From: Azolla caroliniana
Taxonomy: Eukaryota > Plantae > Polypodiophyta
Reading direction: 5' to 3'
Assembly: GCA_043228905.1 (NCBI GenBank)
Contig: JBHGNT010000005.1
Location: forward strand, 24,056,001-24,120,000
Length of the DNA stretch: 64,000 nt
Position 1 is the first letter of the stretch. The number at the start of each line of letters is the position of its first letter. Made by a program: the position numbers and the translations under genes. This document shows positions 38,184 to 50,124 of this stretch, one piece after another. The notes under the pieces are model-generated. The model was not told where the DNA came from, searched no databases, and saw nothing but the letters and a program-made list of their open reading frames with translations.

Positions 38184-39862
38184 TTTGGTATCAGAGCTAT
38201 GTACTAATGTTTCTTTGTTTGTCTTTTGTCTTTTGATTGATGGTGATCGATCGATGTGCGGTCGGCCTTGATCCAGACAACGATCAACAAAGAACTTCGG
38301 TAACTCTTTCCGTATTTTTTTTTTTCTATTCTCTCTTCTCCCATCTAATCATGGGTTTAGTTTATATGTCATTTTTTTTCATTAAGTCAATGATGTTGTA
38401 GTGGTCTTTAATTGATGATCTAAAACGTTTACATATGTGCACGAGGTCAATACCTCGTTTGACATATAAATAATATGTGATGAGTGTCGTATGCGTATGA
38501 GGTTAATACCTCAATTACGTATTACGTTCACGAACATATGTTACGTTTGCGTATGAGTTTAATACCTTGATTTGTTGTAATGGATATGCGTTTGGTCTCG
38601 TATGCGTAAGAGGTCAATACCTCAATTGCGTATTACGATGATCTCTTATTTGTGGATGTTTTGTGTGCGTAGAGGTATATACCTCGATTACGTATCTTGA
38701 GCACATAATTTGTGGCTATTTAATATAACGATATGTTTAATATAGGCATATGTGGTCATGTATATACGTATTTGATCGTATATATGTGATAAGTAAACAT
38801 ATGTGTATATTCGTTATTACGTGATTATATCGAAAGTTGTCCTTGTCGGGAAAAGGATGTTGGTGGCCGTCCTCACATTTTTGTGAGAATGGTGTTGTCA
38901 CCATCCCCTTTTCAACAATTTTTGATTGTTGACAACCCCGTTGATGACCTCGATTTCGTTATGTAAAGAAACGCCTATAGCCATAATGATGTTGAGTACG
39001 TAGGGCTTGACCCACTTCAAGTGAGGTCGCTCCAATGACACACGTATCCAACATCCCTCCCTCGTTACATGGATACGATGCCACCATGAGCTCGTTCTTA
39101 CGAGAGGCATTCGTAATGACGTGACCTTGTGATGGGCCACGTGGGCCTACTACGAAACGAGGGCTCATTTGGCTTGACCATTAGGTTGCACTTTGGCATA
39201 TGCCATCGTAATTACGAGACATGAGGTTAGGTAACGTACCAACATAGTTTTGGTAAATGAGGGCGAAATAAGGACCCTTGACATATATGTTCTTTTAAAA
39301 AATCAAATGCCTCGCATATCTCTTATACGCATCAAACATTAAGCATTCGAGAAGAGCAACTTACTTGGTTGGCTCAAGTGTTTAATGTATTTGTTCTCGA
39401 GGTCTTGAGTTCAAATATGACCAAGACCATACAACATCCTTGATACAATGACTATAACACATGTTTAGACTTAAGGTCTAAGTGCACCTCGGGGTCCTCG
39501 TAATAGGACTTAAAGAGCCGAAACCACATATGTGGGCAAAGAAACATAGTTTATTGTTAACATTTTTTTCGTGTATAAACTACTCATGATGCGAACATAC
39601 ATGGTTGAGCCTCAGGGAGCCGCCATGAAAAAATCGATATAGAGATCAGGGAAAGACATTAAATTGTCACCCCCATGGTTTTTAAAACACCTTTGTGTTA
39701 CCATAGTAACCTAATCTTGAACCTCATCTCATACGTCTAGAGGGGTATTGACGTGAGATCATGATATCGGTTAATGTTTGCCCATGATATATTTACATCA
39801 CGATATGATGTTATGACTATCTCTCTGACCTTATCCTATTTCTTTTCCAGAAATAATCTTTA

Positions 39863-42800
39863 ATGGCTCAAATTAACGACCCGATGTCATCCGCTCAAGC
39901 GGAAGGAACTCAAGGGAATACTCCTGGACAAATGTCCACTGAGATGTATTTGGCACAAATAAGCCAATACCTTAGTTTCACCGCTCAACAAATGACCGAA
40001 CTTCGGCAATCTCAAAGTGCTCTTGAGGCACGTGTCATTAGTCTACAACGTGAGACTAATAGACCTGATGAGCGGCAAGGTGAACCATCATTTGCCGTTA
40101 AGCCATTTACGGGAGACAAAAAGGAAAGAACCGAAGAAGCAATCTGCACATGGCTGGGACGATGGGAGTCTCATTTTGAGCTCTATCCCACGCCAGATAG
40201 TACGAAGATTGCATATGTCGGCCGAGAACTCGGGGGTAAGGCCCCGCCTGGTGGCGTGGGCTCCATACTATGGGGAAATTGCCCAATACCTGGACAGATT
40301 TTGTCACGGTTTTTAAGGGCCAAATTCTGCAACCTCCCTCTCGAACCGAGGTAGCACAAGCTTTAATGAACCTCTCTAGTAGGAAATTTTCCTCGCTAGA
40401 AGACTATGTTCACCATGCTAGAATCCAAATCCAAAAATCGGGTCTAGAAGGGGACAATTGGTTGATAGCTTGTTTTGTCAATGGCATCCCCAATTCGGAC
40501 TATCACTGGATAGTGCACGATAAGGATCCAAAATCCTTCGAAGAGGCCGTTGAAATAGTTCTTCGCTATCAACGCACTTCGAAGAAGGACCACAACAAAC
40601 CCAACGAAGCGCCCAGGACTAAGCAGTCGCAATTTGTTGGGAAATGCAAGACACCCAACGAATTCTTGGATCGCGATTGTAAGCGACAACATCCTTTTTG
40701 CGTATTTTGCAAAAAGAAGGGTCACACAAAAGAGCAATGTCGAAAGCTCCAACGGAAAGAGCACGACAACAAACCTAAAGCTTCAGACAATAAAGGTCAG
40801 ATTCCTAATGTCGTTCAGGTCTATACACATCATTTAAGTAATTATCAATGTTCTTTCCCTCACTATGTATTGGGTACCAATGATTTACTACGTGCAAACG
40901 GGTATATCAATGGATCTCTTGTACAATTTTTATTTGATTCGGGAAGCTCACACAATTTTGTGAATGATCGTTTGGTTCAGATATGGGGAATCCAACCCAC
41001 CGTAAGTGATCACACCTACACGGTGCACTTGGCTGATGGAAGAGTACAATACATCAACAGGGCGATTCATTCATTAGGAATTTCTATTGATACTTATATA
41101 AAGGAAGTAGACTTCCATGTAATGAATCTTTGTACCACCGATGTAATACTGGGTTATCCCTAGTTTTATAATAAAACTCTTCTTTATTTATTGATTGGGT
41201 TCTCCATTCCATTTCTTTTGTACTGAACGATTGTACGCATTTTATTTAATGTATCAAAAAACAATCCCTCTCGATTGTTTCCTCGTGTTCATCAAGATCT
41301 GAGTTGTCTTGTTCTACGTTATTTTATTGTGTACTTGATCCGGACATTCACGTTTACAATATTGATAATGTCCCGATTCAATTAACATATTTTGAACAAC
41401 AACAACTTGATGAAATCTTAAATGATTTTCATGATGTTTTTCCAAGTGAACTACCTGATGGATTACCTCCTAAACGTAATATAGACCATCGTATAGATAT
41501 TGTACCTGGTGTTGCACCAATAAGTATACCTCCGTATCGCTTAAGTCGATCCGAAGAAGATGAGGTATCTAAGCAACTCAAGGACTATTTTCGAATGGGT
41601 TATATACGTTATAGTAAATCTCCATGGGGTGCACCAGTTCTCTTGGTGAAAAAGAAAGAGGGCACATGGCGTATGTGTATTAATTACCGACGCTTGAATA
41701 AAGTGATGATCAAGAATTCGTACCCATTGCCCCGGGCTGATGATCTAATTGACCGTCTCCAGGGAGCTCGGTATTTTATGAAACTTGATCTCCGTACTGG
41801 CTACCATCAAATACGAATAAGTGAGGACGATGTTCCTAAAACGACATTTCGTACGCGCTATGGCCATTACGAGTTTTTGGTTATGCCTTTTGGTTTGACC
41901 AATGCTCCGGCTACTTTTCAACAAGAAATGAATGGCATTTTTCGAGAACAACTTGGAAAATTTGTCGTTATTTTCTTGGATGATATTTTAGTTTATAGCC
42001 GTACATTAAAAGAACATGCTAGACATGTCCGCTTTGTTTTACAAACATTGCGTGACAAACAGTTTTATGCGAAGATCTCAAAATGGGAGTTCTTCAAGAA
42101 ATCAATTACTTATCTAGGACATCTCATAACCGAACGAGGAGTTGAAATTGATCCTTCTCGCATTGAGAAAATCAAGCTTTGGCCCACTCTTCGGAATATT
42201 CGAGAAGTTCGATCATTCCTTGGTTTTGTCAGGTTTTTGCGAAAGTCTCTTCGTAATTACTCCCAATTGATGATGCCGTTTACTGATCTTTTAAAAGGTC
42301 AAACGCATAAGTCTACAAAACCTATTGTGTGGAATGCTACAGTAGACCTCGCCTTTAAGGAACTCAAGGACCTGGTTTGAAAGACTCCACTTCTTTTACC
42401 TGATCCTTCAAAACCTTTTGAGGTTGCAACCGATGCAAGCGATTATGCTATAGGTGCTGTCTTGTATCAAGATGGTAAACCAATAGCATTCGAGAGTAAG
42501 AAACTTGATTATGCTCAACGTCGGTATACCGTTCAAGAAAAGGAATTATTTGCAGTTATACATGCGCTCAAAACATGGCGCTATTATCTTTATGGAAATC
42601 GCTTTGTGGTAACTACGGATCACGAGTCCTTGAAATATTTTTGTGACCAACAAGACCTGAAAGGTCGTAAGGCACGATGGGATGATCTCATCCAGGACTT
42701 TGATTTTTCCATACGATATCGTAAAGGTTCCATGAACACTGTCGCTAATGCACTAAGTCGCATCCGTGAAGTTAACATGCTTAGCTTCACTGAAATAACA

Positions 42801-43260
42801 TCATATCTTTATGATCACCTTCGAGGAAAGTATCTTGATGACAATTATTTTGCAAAATACTGGGCAAGAGTTGAGTCTGGAACAGACACCACCACATCCT
42901 CGAAGGAATACTTCCACATTGCTAACGGTTTGCTCTACCATAATGGGAAGGTTTGTGTTCTAGATTTACCCGAGGTCAAAAAGAGGATTCTTTTTGAATG
43001 CCATGATGCACCTTCAGCAGGGCACCCTGGAATACATCGTACACTTGTTCTCATCTCCACTCAATTTTATTGGCCTAAGATGCGTTATGACATACATAGC
43101 TATGTGAGTAAATGTCACTAGTGTTAGGTTAACAAAGCCGAGCGACTTAAAGCCGCATGACTTTTACATCCCTTGGACATTCCCAATAATAAATGGGAAA
43201 GTATATCCATCGATTTTATTGTTAGCCTTCCTCGCACCCAAAAAGTTCATGATGCCATAT
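39863..43260 (+). pseudogene. Gypsy gag-pol, 5' part (gag, zinc knuckle, PR, RT, RH, start of INT)
   Basis: CVFCKKKGHTKEQC, FDSGSSHNF, FLDDIL, TDASD, HDAPSAGH; frameshift at about 40245 and several stops. Confidence 0.9.
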
Positions 43261-43883
43261 TGTTGGGATTACGGTCCCTCCGGATGGGATGGTCGGATGT
43301 CCGGGAATCGGGAATGAAGACCCGGTTCCGGATCCGGATGATGAAGACCCGGCTACGGAGCCGGATGATGAAGACCCCGGCTACGGAGCCGGATGACGAA
43401 TGTACCCGGAGAGAGATCCGGATGCGGGGACATATTTGTGAATATGTTTGCCAAGGGCCCTTGAGGCTATATTTGTAAATAGCCCGAAAGTCATATGTGT
43501 ATAAATATGACTTAGGGCAAACAGTTTGTTGTTGTTGCTCATTTTTTCTGTTTTCCACTTAGAGGGAGCGAAGTGAGAGCAGCCGAGAGAGAGAGAGTGA
43601 GAGAGAGAGAGAAAGGAAGAGGTCGACGCCTCTGTGTAATACCGCCGCCTGTGGCGAGGACAGCGAGCTCAAGGTCGTCGCCTTGCAGCTCGCCATTGTA
43701 CATTCCCTGCGTATAGTGATTGTTGGAGTCTTGCACTCCCGTGGTTTTTCCCGTCTAGGGTTTTCCACGCTAAACCCTGTGCATTCGAGTCTATCTCTGT
43801 GTTTTCGATTTTCTGCTGCATTGATCCGTGTTTCCTCGGTTGCGGCCGAGAGAAGTAGGTTTGGAAGGCGTCGATTTCTAACA
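43261..43883 (+). repeat. Copia 5' LTR (623 bp)
   Basis: Near-identical to 47999-48648. Confidence 0.96.
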
Positions 43884-43914
43884 AACTGGTATCAGAGCGA
43901 CGACAGTGCAGAAA

Positions 43915-46900
43915 ATGGAAGGCGGCAGTAGCGGGCAACCGGGGATGATAGTGCTAAATGCGCAGAACTACGCCGACTGGAAGATAAAGATGGAGGATCT
44001 GCTCATTGTTCGGGACCTGTATGAACCGATCGACAGGTCGGAAATACCCAAGGGGGTACTTGAGACGGAATGGAGGCTTCTGAACCGGAAAGCCGTTGCA
44101 ACCATTCGGCAATACGTCGACGTGAGCGTTCTACAACATGTGGCGAACGACACCAACGCATATGAGATGTGGCAGAAGCTGTCGGGCCTCTACGAGAGGA
44201 AGAATGCGTTGAACCGGACCTCCCTGATGAGGAAGATAGTGAACCTCAAGTACCGGGACGGCGAGAGTATGGTGGAACACGTAAGCACGTTCATGGGATT
44301 CGTGAACCAGCTTGCGGCGATCAAGTTCCCGTTGGAGGATGCAATGCAAGCCATCATCCTGATGTGTACATTGCCGGAAAGCTGGGAGAACTTGGTGGTG
44401 ACTCTCAGCACCTCCTGCACCGAAGATAACTTGTCCCTACAAATGGTAAAGACAAGCATTTTGAACGAAGAAGCGCGTCGGAGAGATAAAGAACCGGCCT
44501 CCGATCCGAAGATGCTGCTTGCCGAATCGGATCGGGGAAGACAACGGAACCGGAGTCCGCAAAGACGGGAGAAGTCGGGGACCCGGTCGCAGTCAAGAGG
44601 AAGGCCCACATGCTTCCACTGTGGGAAGCCGGGGCACTTCCGAAAGAATTGTCGGCATTACCGAAAAAACAACGGAGCCGACGACACCGATTCGAAGAAG
44701 TCTTCGGAACGGAACGGTGCTTACCGGGGAGCCTCGGACCGGAATGGATCGGATCGGCGAGGGCAGGACCGGAAAGGAACGACGGCACTCGCGACAAGTG
44801 AAGAGGAGATCATGCTCATCACCGAAGAAGGTGAACTAAACATTGCCGGCGATGAGACTACCTGGGTGGTCGATTCCGGAGCGTCGTTCCACCTGACCCC
44901 GGAAAGAAGATACTTCTCATCCTACACAGCCGGTGAGCATGGCTGTGTTCGGATGGGAAATGAAGGTACCTGCCGGATTGCCGGCATAGGAGACGTGTGG
45001 TTGACAACCTCGACCGGATGCAAAATGTTGCTGAAGGATGTCCGACACGTTCCGGAGGTTCGATTGAACCTGATTTCGGCCGGGAGGCTAGACGATGAAG
45101 GCTACACAGGTAGCATCCGGAACTGCGTGATGAAGTTCAGCAAGGGGAGCCTGATAGTGGCTCGGGCCCGGAAAGTCAACACACTGTACCTTATGAATGC
45201 CTGGTTGTGTCCGGAGGAGTTGAACGTGGCAGCCGACACTGCCGGTGAGCTGTGGCACAAGAGACTGTGCCACATGAGTGAGAAGGGGATGAAGAGGCTT
45301 GCAGAAGACAACCTTATTCCAGTGAAGCATGTGCACCTGGAGAAGTGCACCGATTGCCTGGCCGGTAAGCAGAACCGAACCTCCTTCCACTCAAGGCCAC
45401 CGACGAGACGTAGCGCACCATTGGAGTTGGTGCACACTGACGTGTGTCAAGTAGAAACGAAGTCACATGGCGGAGCCCAGTACTTCGTGACATTCATTGA
45501 TGACCACAACCGGAAGCTGTGGACGGCACCGTTGAAGACAAAGGACCAAGTGTTGTGCGTCTTCAAAGAACTCCACGCGAGAGTGGAAAGGGAATCCGGC
45601 AAGAAGCTGAAAGCGATACGAGCGGATAACGGAGGGGAATACCGGGGGCAGTTCGCGGAGTACTGTCGCTCGAAGGGAATCCGGCTCGAGTTTACTGTGC
45701 CGAAGACGCCGGAACTGAACGGGCTGGCCGAGAGGATGAACCGGACCATAATGGAGAGGGTCCGGAGTATGCTGGCGCATGCGAAATTACCCAAGGAGTT
45801 TTGGGCTGAGGCAATGTCGACGGCGACATACGTGATAAACAGACCACCCTCAGTACCTTTGGACGGAGACACGCCGCAGAAAGTGTGGACCGGTAGGGAA
45901 GCATCCTACCGGCATCTGAAGGTGTTCGGGTGTCTCGTATATGTGCATGTGGCAAAGGACCGGAGAGGAAAGCTAGATCCAAAGACCCGGCCATGCATAT
46001 TCCTCGGTTACGGCGATGACGAGTTCGGCTACCGAGTATGGGACCCGGTCGACAAAAAGATATTCCGGAGTCGCGATATCATCTTCATGGAGGACAAGAC
46101 ACTCGCCGACTGGGAGTCGGAGAAGAAGATGAAGAGCTCCAAGTCGATTGGTGAGGATCAACTCTACGAAGAGCAGTCCCGACCGGCAAGGGACCGGTTA
46201 GCACTCGAGGATCCGGCCGAAGACGGTGAAGAAACAGAACCGGCCGAGGAAGATGAAACTGATACCGGAACCGGCCCCGATCCCGAAATGCATTCGGATG
46301 AAGAGGAAACAGAGGAGCCGGTTACCGAAGCTCCGGAACGGAGATATCCTCTAATAGAGAGAAGGGCCCCCCGGAGATTTCCGGAACCAGAGCATGTGCT
46401 GCTAACCGACGAAGGGGAGCCGGAGAGTTTTGAAGAAGCAAAGCTTGATACCCATAGCCGCAGGTGGTTAAGTGCCATGCAGGAGGAGATGGATTCCCAG
46501 CATTAGAACCACACATATGAACTTGTGGAGTTGCCAAAAGGAAAGCGGGCACTTCGAAACAAGTGGGTGTTCAAGCTGAAACCGGGAGATGCCGGAAACC
46601 CCCCGAGATACAAAGCCAGGATCGTGGTAAAGGGGTTTCAGCAGAAGAAGGGCGTCGACTTCGACGAGATATTTGCCCCGGTAGTGAAGATGACCTCCAT
46701 CCGGACGGTGCTGAGCATAGCGGCAAGCATGGACCTCGAGGTAGAACAGATGGACGTGAAGACGACATTCCTTCACGGTGACCTCGAAGAAGAGATCTAC
46801 ATGCAGCAACCGGAAGGATTCAAGAAGAAAGGGAAGGAGCACCTGGTATGCCGGTTGAAGAAGAGTCTTTACGGACTGAAGCAGGCTCCCCGGCAATGGT

Positions 46901-47988
46901 ACCGGAAGTTCGACTCTTTCATGACCGACGAAGGGTACCACAAAACGCAGTCCGATCACTGCGTGTTTGTGAAGAAGTTCGAAGGAGGAGACTTTCTAAT
47001 ACTCCTCCTGTACGTGGACGACATGTTGATTGTCGGACGGGACCAGGTCAAGATACGGATGCTGAAGAAAGCGCTTCACCGAACCTTCTCAATGAAGGAC
47101 CTGGGTCCAGCGAGGCAAATACTAGAGATGCACATCATCCGGGACCGTAAGAAGAAGCAGTTGTGGCTGTCACAGGAGAAGTACGTGACAAAGGTGCTTC
47201 ACCGGTTCAACATGTCGGAAGCAAGACCGGTCGGGTCAACTCTCCCGGCAAACTGCAAGTTGTCCAGCAAGCAAAGTCCCAAGACAAAGGCTGAGAAGGA
47301 GGACATGATGAAAGTACCATATGCCTCTGCCGTCGGAAGCTTGATGTACGCAATGGTGTGTACAAGACCAGACATAGGATATGCAGTCGGAGTGGTGAGC
47401 CGGTACATGAGCAATCCCGGCAAAGAGCACTGGAACGCGGCCAAGTGGATACTCCGATACCTGAAGGGCACGGCAAACGTGTGCCTCCGATTCGGCTCCG
47501 GTAAGCCCGAACTTGACGGCTTTACCGATTCGGATATGTCGGCTGATGCAGATACCAGCCGGTCCACATCAGGGTATGTGATGACGTATGCAGGGGGAGC
47601 TGTTTCGTGGCAGTCGAGGCTGCAGAAGACGGTTGCGTTATCAACCACGGAGGCGGAGTACATGGCGGCTGTTGAAGCCGGCAAGGAAATAATATGGATG
47701 AAGGACTTCATTAGAGAGCTCGGTATCCGGCAAGAGGAGTACCGACTCAACTGCGACAGTCAGAGTGCCATCCACCTTGCGAAGAACGCGGCCTATCACT
47801 CCCGGACGAAGCACATCCAGCGAAGATATCACTGGATCCGGGAAAGGATAGAAGACCAGGAGTTCGTGCTGACGAAGATCCACACGGACGAGAACGGGTC
47901 AGATATGCTGACCAAAGTGCTCACACCCGACAAGCTGGAAGCGTGCCGGAAGAGGGTCGGACTGGAAAGACATCCCATGCCGAAGTGA
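43915..47988 (+). pseudogene. Copia gag-pol polyprotein with a single in-frame stop (TAG at 46504-46506)
   Basis: CFHCGKPGHFRKNC, VDSGAS, LWHKRLCH, NGLAERMNRT, YVDDML, SDMLTK; the two ORFs in the track are in the same frame. Confidence 0.93.
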
Positions 47989-47998
47989 AGGGGGAGTT

Positions 47999-48648
47999 TG
48001 TTGGGATTACGGTCCCTCCGGATGGGATGGTCGGATGTCCGGGAATCGGGAATGAAGACCCGGTTCCGGATCCGGATGATGAAGACCCGGCTACGGAGCC
48101 GGATGATGAAAACCCGGCTACGGAGCCGGATGATGAAGACCCCGGCTACGGAGCCGGATGACGAATGTACCCGGAGAGAGATCCGGATGCGGGGACATAT
48201 TTGTGAATATGTTTGCCAAGGGCCCTTGAGGCTATATTTGTAAATAGCCCGAAAGTCATATGTGTATAAATATGACTTAGGGCAAACAGTTTGTTGTTGT
48301 TGCTCATTTTTTCTGTTTTCCACTTAGAGGGAGTGAAGTGAGAGCAGCCGAGAGAGAGAGAGTGAGAGAGAGAGAGAAAGGAAGAGGTCGACGCCTCTGT
48401 GTAATACCGCTGCCTGTGGCGAGGACAGCGAGCTCAAGGTCGTCGCCTTGCAGCTCGCCATTGTACATTCCCTGCGTATAGTGATCGTTGGAGTCTTGCA
48501 CTCCCGTGGTTTTTCCCGTCTAGGGTTTTCCACGCTAAACCCTGTGCATTCGAGTCTATCTCTGTGTTTTCGATTTTCTGCTGCATTGATCCGTGTTTCC
48601 TCGGTTGCGGCCGAGAGAAGTAGGTTTGGAAGGCGTCGATTTCTAACA
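47999..48648 (+). repeat. Copia 3' LTR (650 bp)
   Basis: Same as the 5' LTR plus one extra 27-bp repeat unit. Confidence 0.96.
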
Positions 48649-48653
48649 CATAT

Positions 48654-49670
48654 GGGTTGTCGTTGATCGACTAACTAAAATGGCTAGATTTATTGCTACT
48701 AAAACCACGGTAACAGCTCCTGAATTGGCTTACCAATTCGTTGACGAATTATTTCGTTTTTATGGGTTACCGATGGATATCGCGAGTGATCGAGATCCGA
48801 AGTTTACTAGTGACTTCTGGACGCAAGTCTTTAAGAAGTTAGAAACTACGTTGAGCATGAGCTCCACGGATCATCCTCAATCCGATGGACAGACAGAACG
48901 AGTAAATCAAATTATTGAGGACATTCTTCGAGCATACGTTGGTGCAAAACCAACAAAATGGGAATGTTATCTCCCAATTTTGGAGTTTGCTGATAACAGC
49001 TCCAAGCATACGTCGACGGGATATAGTCCTTTTATGTTGATGAATGGTTTTCAGCCATGAGCCCCGATGGATGTTAATATACATCATGATGGGTTGTGAA
49101 GTACGCAAAACTTTCTTTGGGATATGCAAGATATGTTGCATATTGCACGAGATAATATAAAAACAGCTCAAGATAGAGCGCGTTTTTATGCCGACCATCA
49201 TAGGCAACCTCGTGTATTCAACCCTGGATAGAAGGTATTTTTACGTGCACCTCACAATTCTAAGACATTGTCTACGGGTAAGTGCGCTAAGTTAGCCCCA
49301 CGGTTTTGTGGACCTTTTACAGTCCTCAAACGCATTGGGTCATCAACCTATCGTCTCGCTTTTCCCGATGGTGTTGGAATTCATCCAGTCTTCCATGTGA
49401 GTCGTCTAAAAGAACTTCTAGGTTCTGGTGACAACACAGTTACAACTGAAACTCTGGTTACTTCTGAAGATTTATCTTCGAAACCACATGTACCAGAAAG
49501 AATTCTCGATGTTAAAACAAAAAAGTTACGTACTAAAGAAATCCGAGAATTTAAAATTAAATGGATGGACAAATCTATCAAAGATGCCAAATGGGAACAC
49601 GAGAATACTCTAAGAACAAACTTCCCTAACTTTCCATTGCAAGAGTGCAATGTTTTAAAGAAGGGGAGTA
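48654..49670 (+). pseudogene. Gypsy integrase core and chromodomain (continuation after the Copia insertion)
   Basis: VVDRLTKMARF, SDRDPKF, HPQSDGQTER, GPF, HPVFHVS, PERILD..KIKW...DAKWE. Confidence 0.9.
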
Positions 49671-50124
49671 TGTTACGGGCATGACCATTTAATATCCCGT
49701 GGTGAGAATTTATCGTAGTATTCTATACACGTGGATAAGTGTGAGGGTTAAACGAGAGTGTAAAGAAGGGGAGGATTACTTTTAATCCTCGGGATTGAGA
49801 CAACCCATTAGGTCAAGTGTGAAATTGCCTGGGGCCTTGGGTATCGCTATAAATAAGAGGCCTAACTACCCTCATTTGATCATCTTTTGACTACATCGAG
49901 ACTCTGCTCTTGTGGTGGGTCAACTCTTGTAGCGAGCGCGCCAGCACCAGGTACGACTCGACGCCACGATGGTGGTATGGGACGCTGATCGAGGCTCAAG
50001 TCCATCTTGATCCCTCTGCTCGGGGGTGGTCGGGTGGATCGACACCCTTCTTTCTCTTTCTCCTTTCTATCTATCATTAGTTTATCCTTATCTTAAGCTT
50101 ACTTTAGTACCTAGATCTCTAATA
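49671..50124 (+). repeat. Gypsy 3' LTR
   Basis: Follows the PPT; matches the 5' LTR. Confidence 0.95.

Larger units (their letters stand above)
43261..48648 (+). mobile_element. Young full-length Ty1/Copia (Tork/Tnt1-like) nested in the Gypsy integrase
   Basis: LTRs at 43261-43883 and 47999-48648 (TG...CA); perfect TSD CATAT; PBS TGGTATCAGAGC at 43887; PPT GAAGGGGGAG. Confidence 0.97.
37730..50124 (+). mobile_element. Full-length decayed chromoviral Ty3/Gypsy element
   Basis: 454-bp LTRs at 37730-38183 and 49671-50124; PBS TGGTATCAGAGC (tRNA-iMet) at 38186; PPT AAGAAGGGGAG; TSD TTGTT/TTGTC. Confidence 0.95.

Noticed and set aside
38430-38700. CRISPR-like repeat-spacer appearance
   Set aside because: The core repeats are only 14 bp and imperfect, lie inside a plant retrotransposon leader, and have no cas genes nearby. 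Reported as a hairpin array instead.
39480-39540. Possible hammerhead ribozyme (GAAAC-CACATATGTG-G)
   Set aside because: No CUGANGA core and no NUH cleavage triplet in the right place.
43247-48666. Many antisense, alternate-frame and LTR ORFs in the young Copia
   Set aside because: Expected from high GC content and the 27-bp repeat; no recognisable domains.
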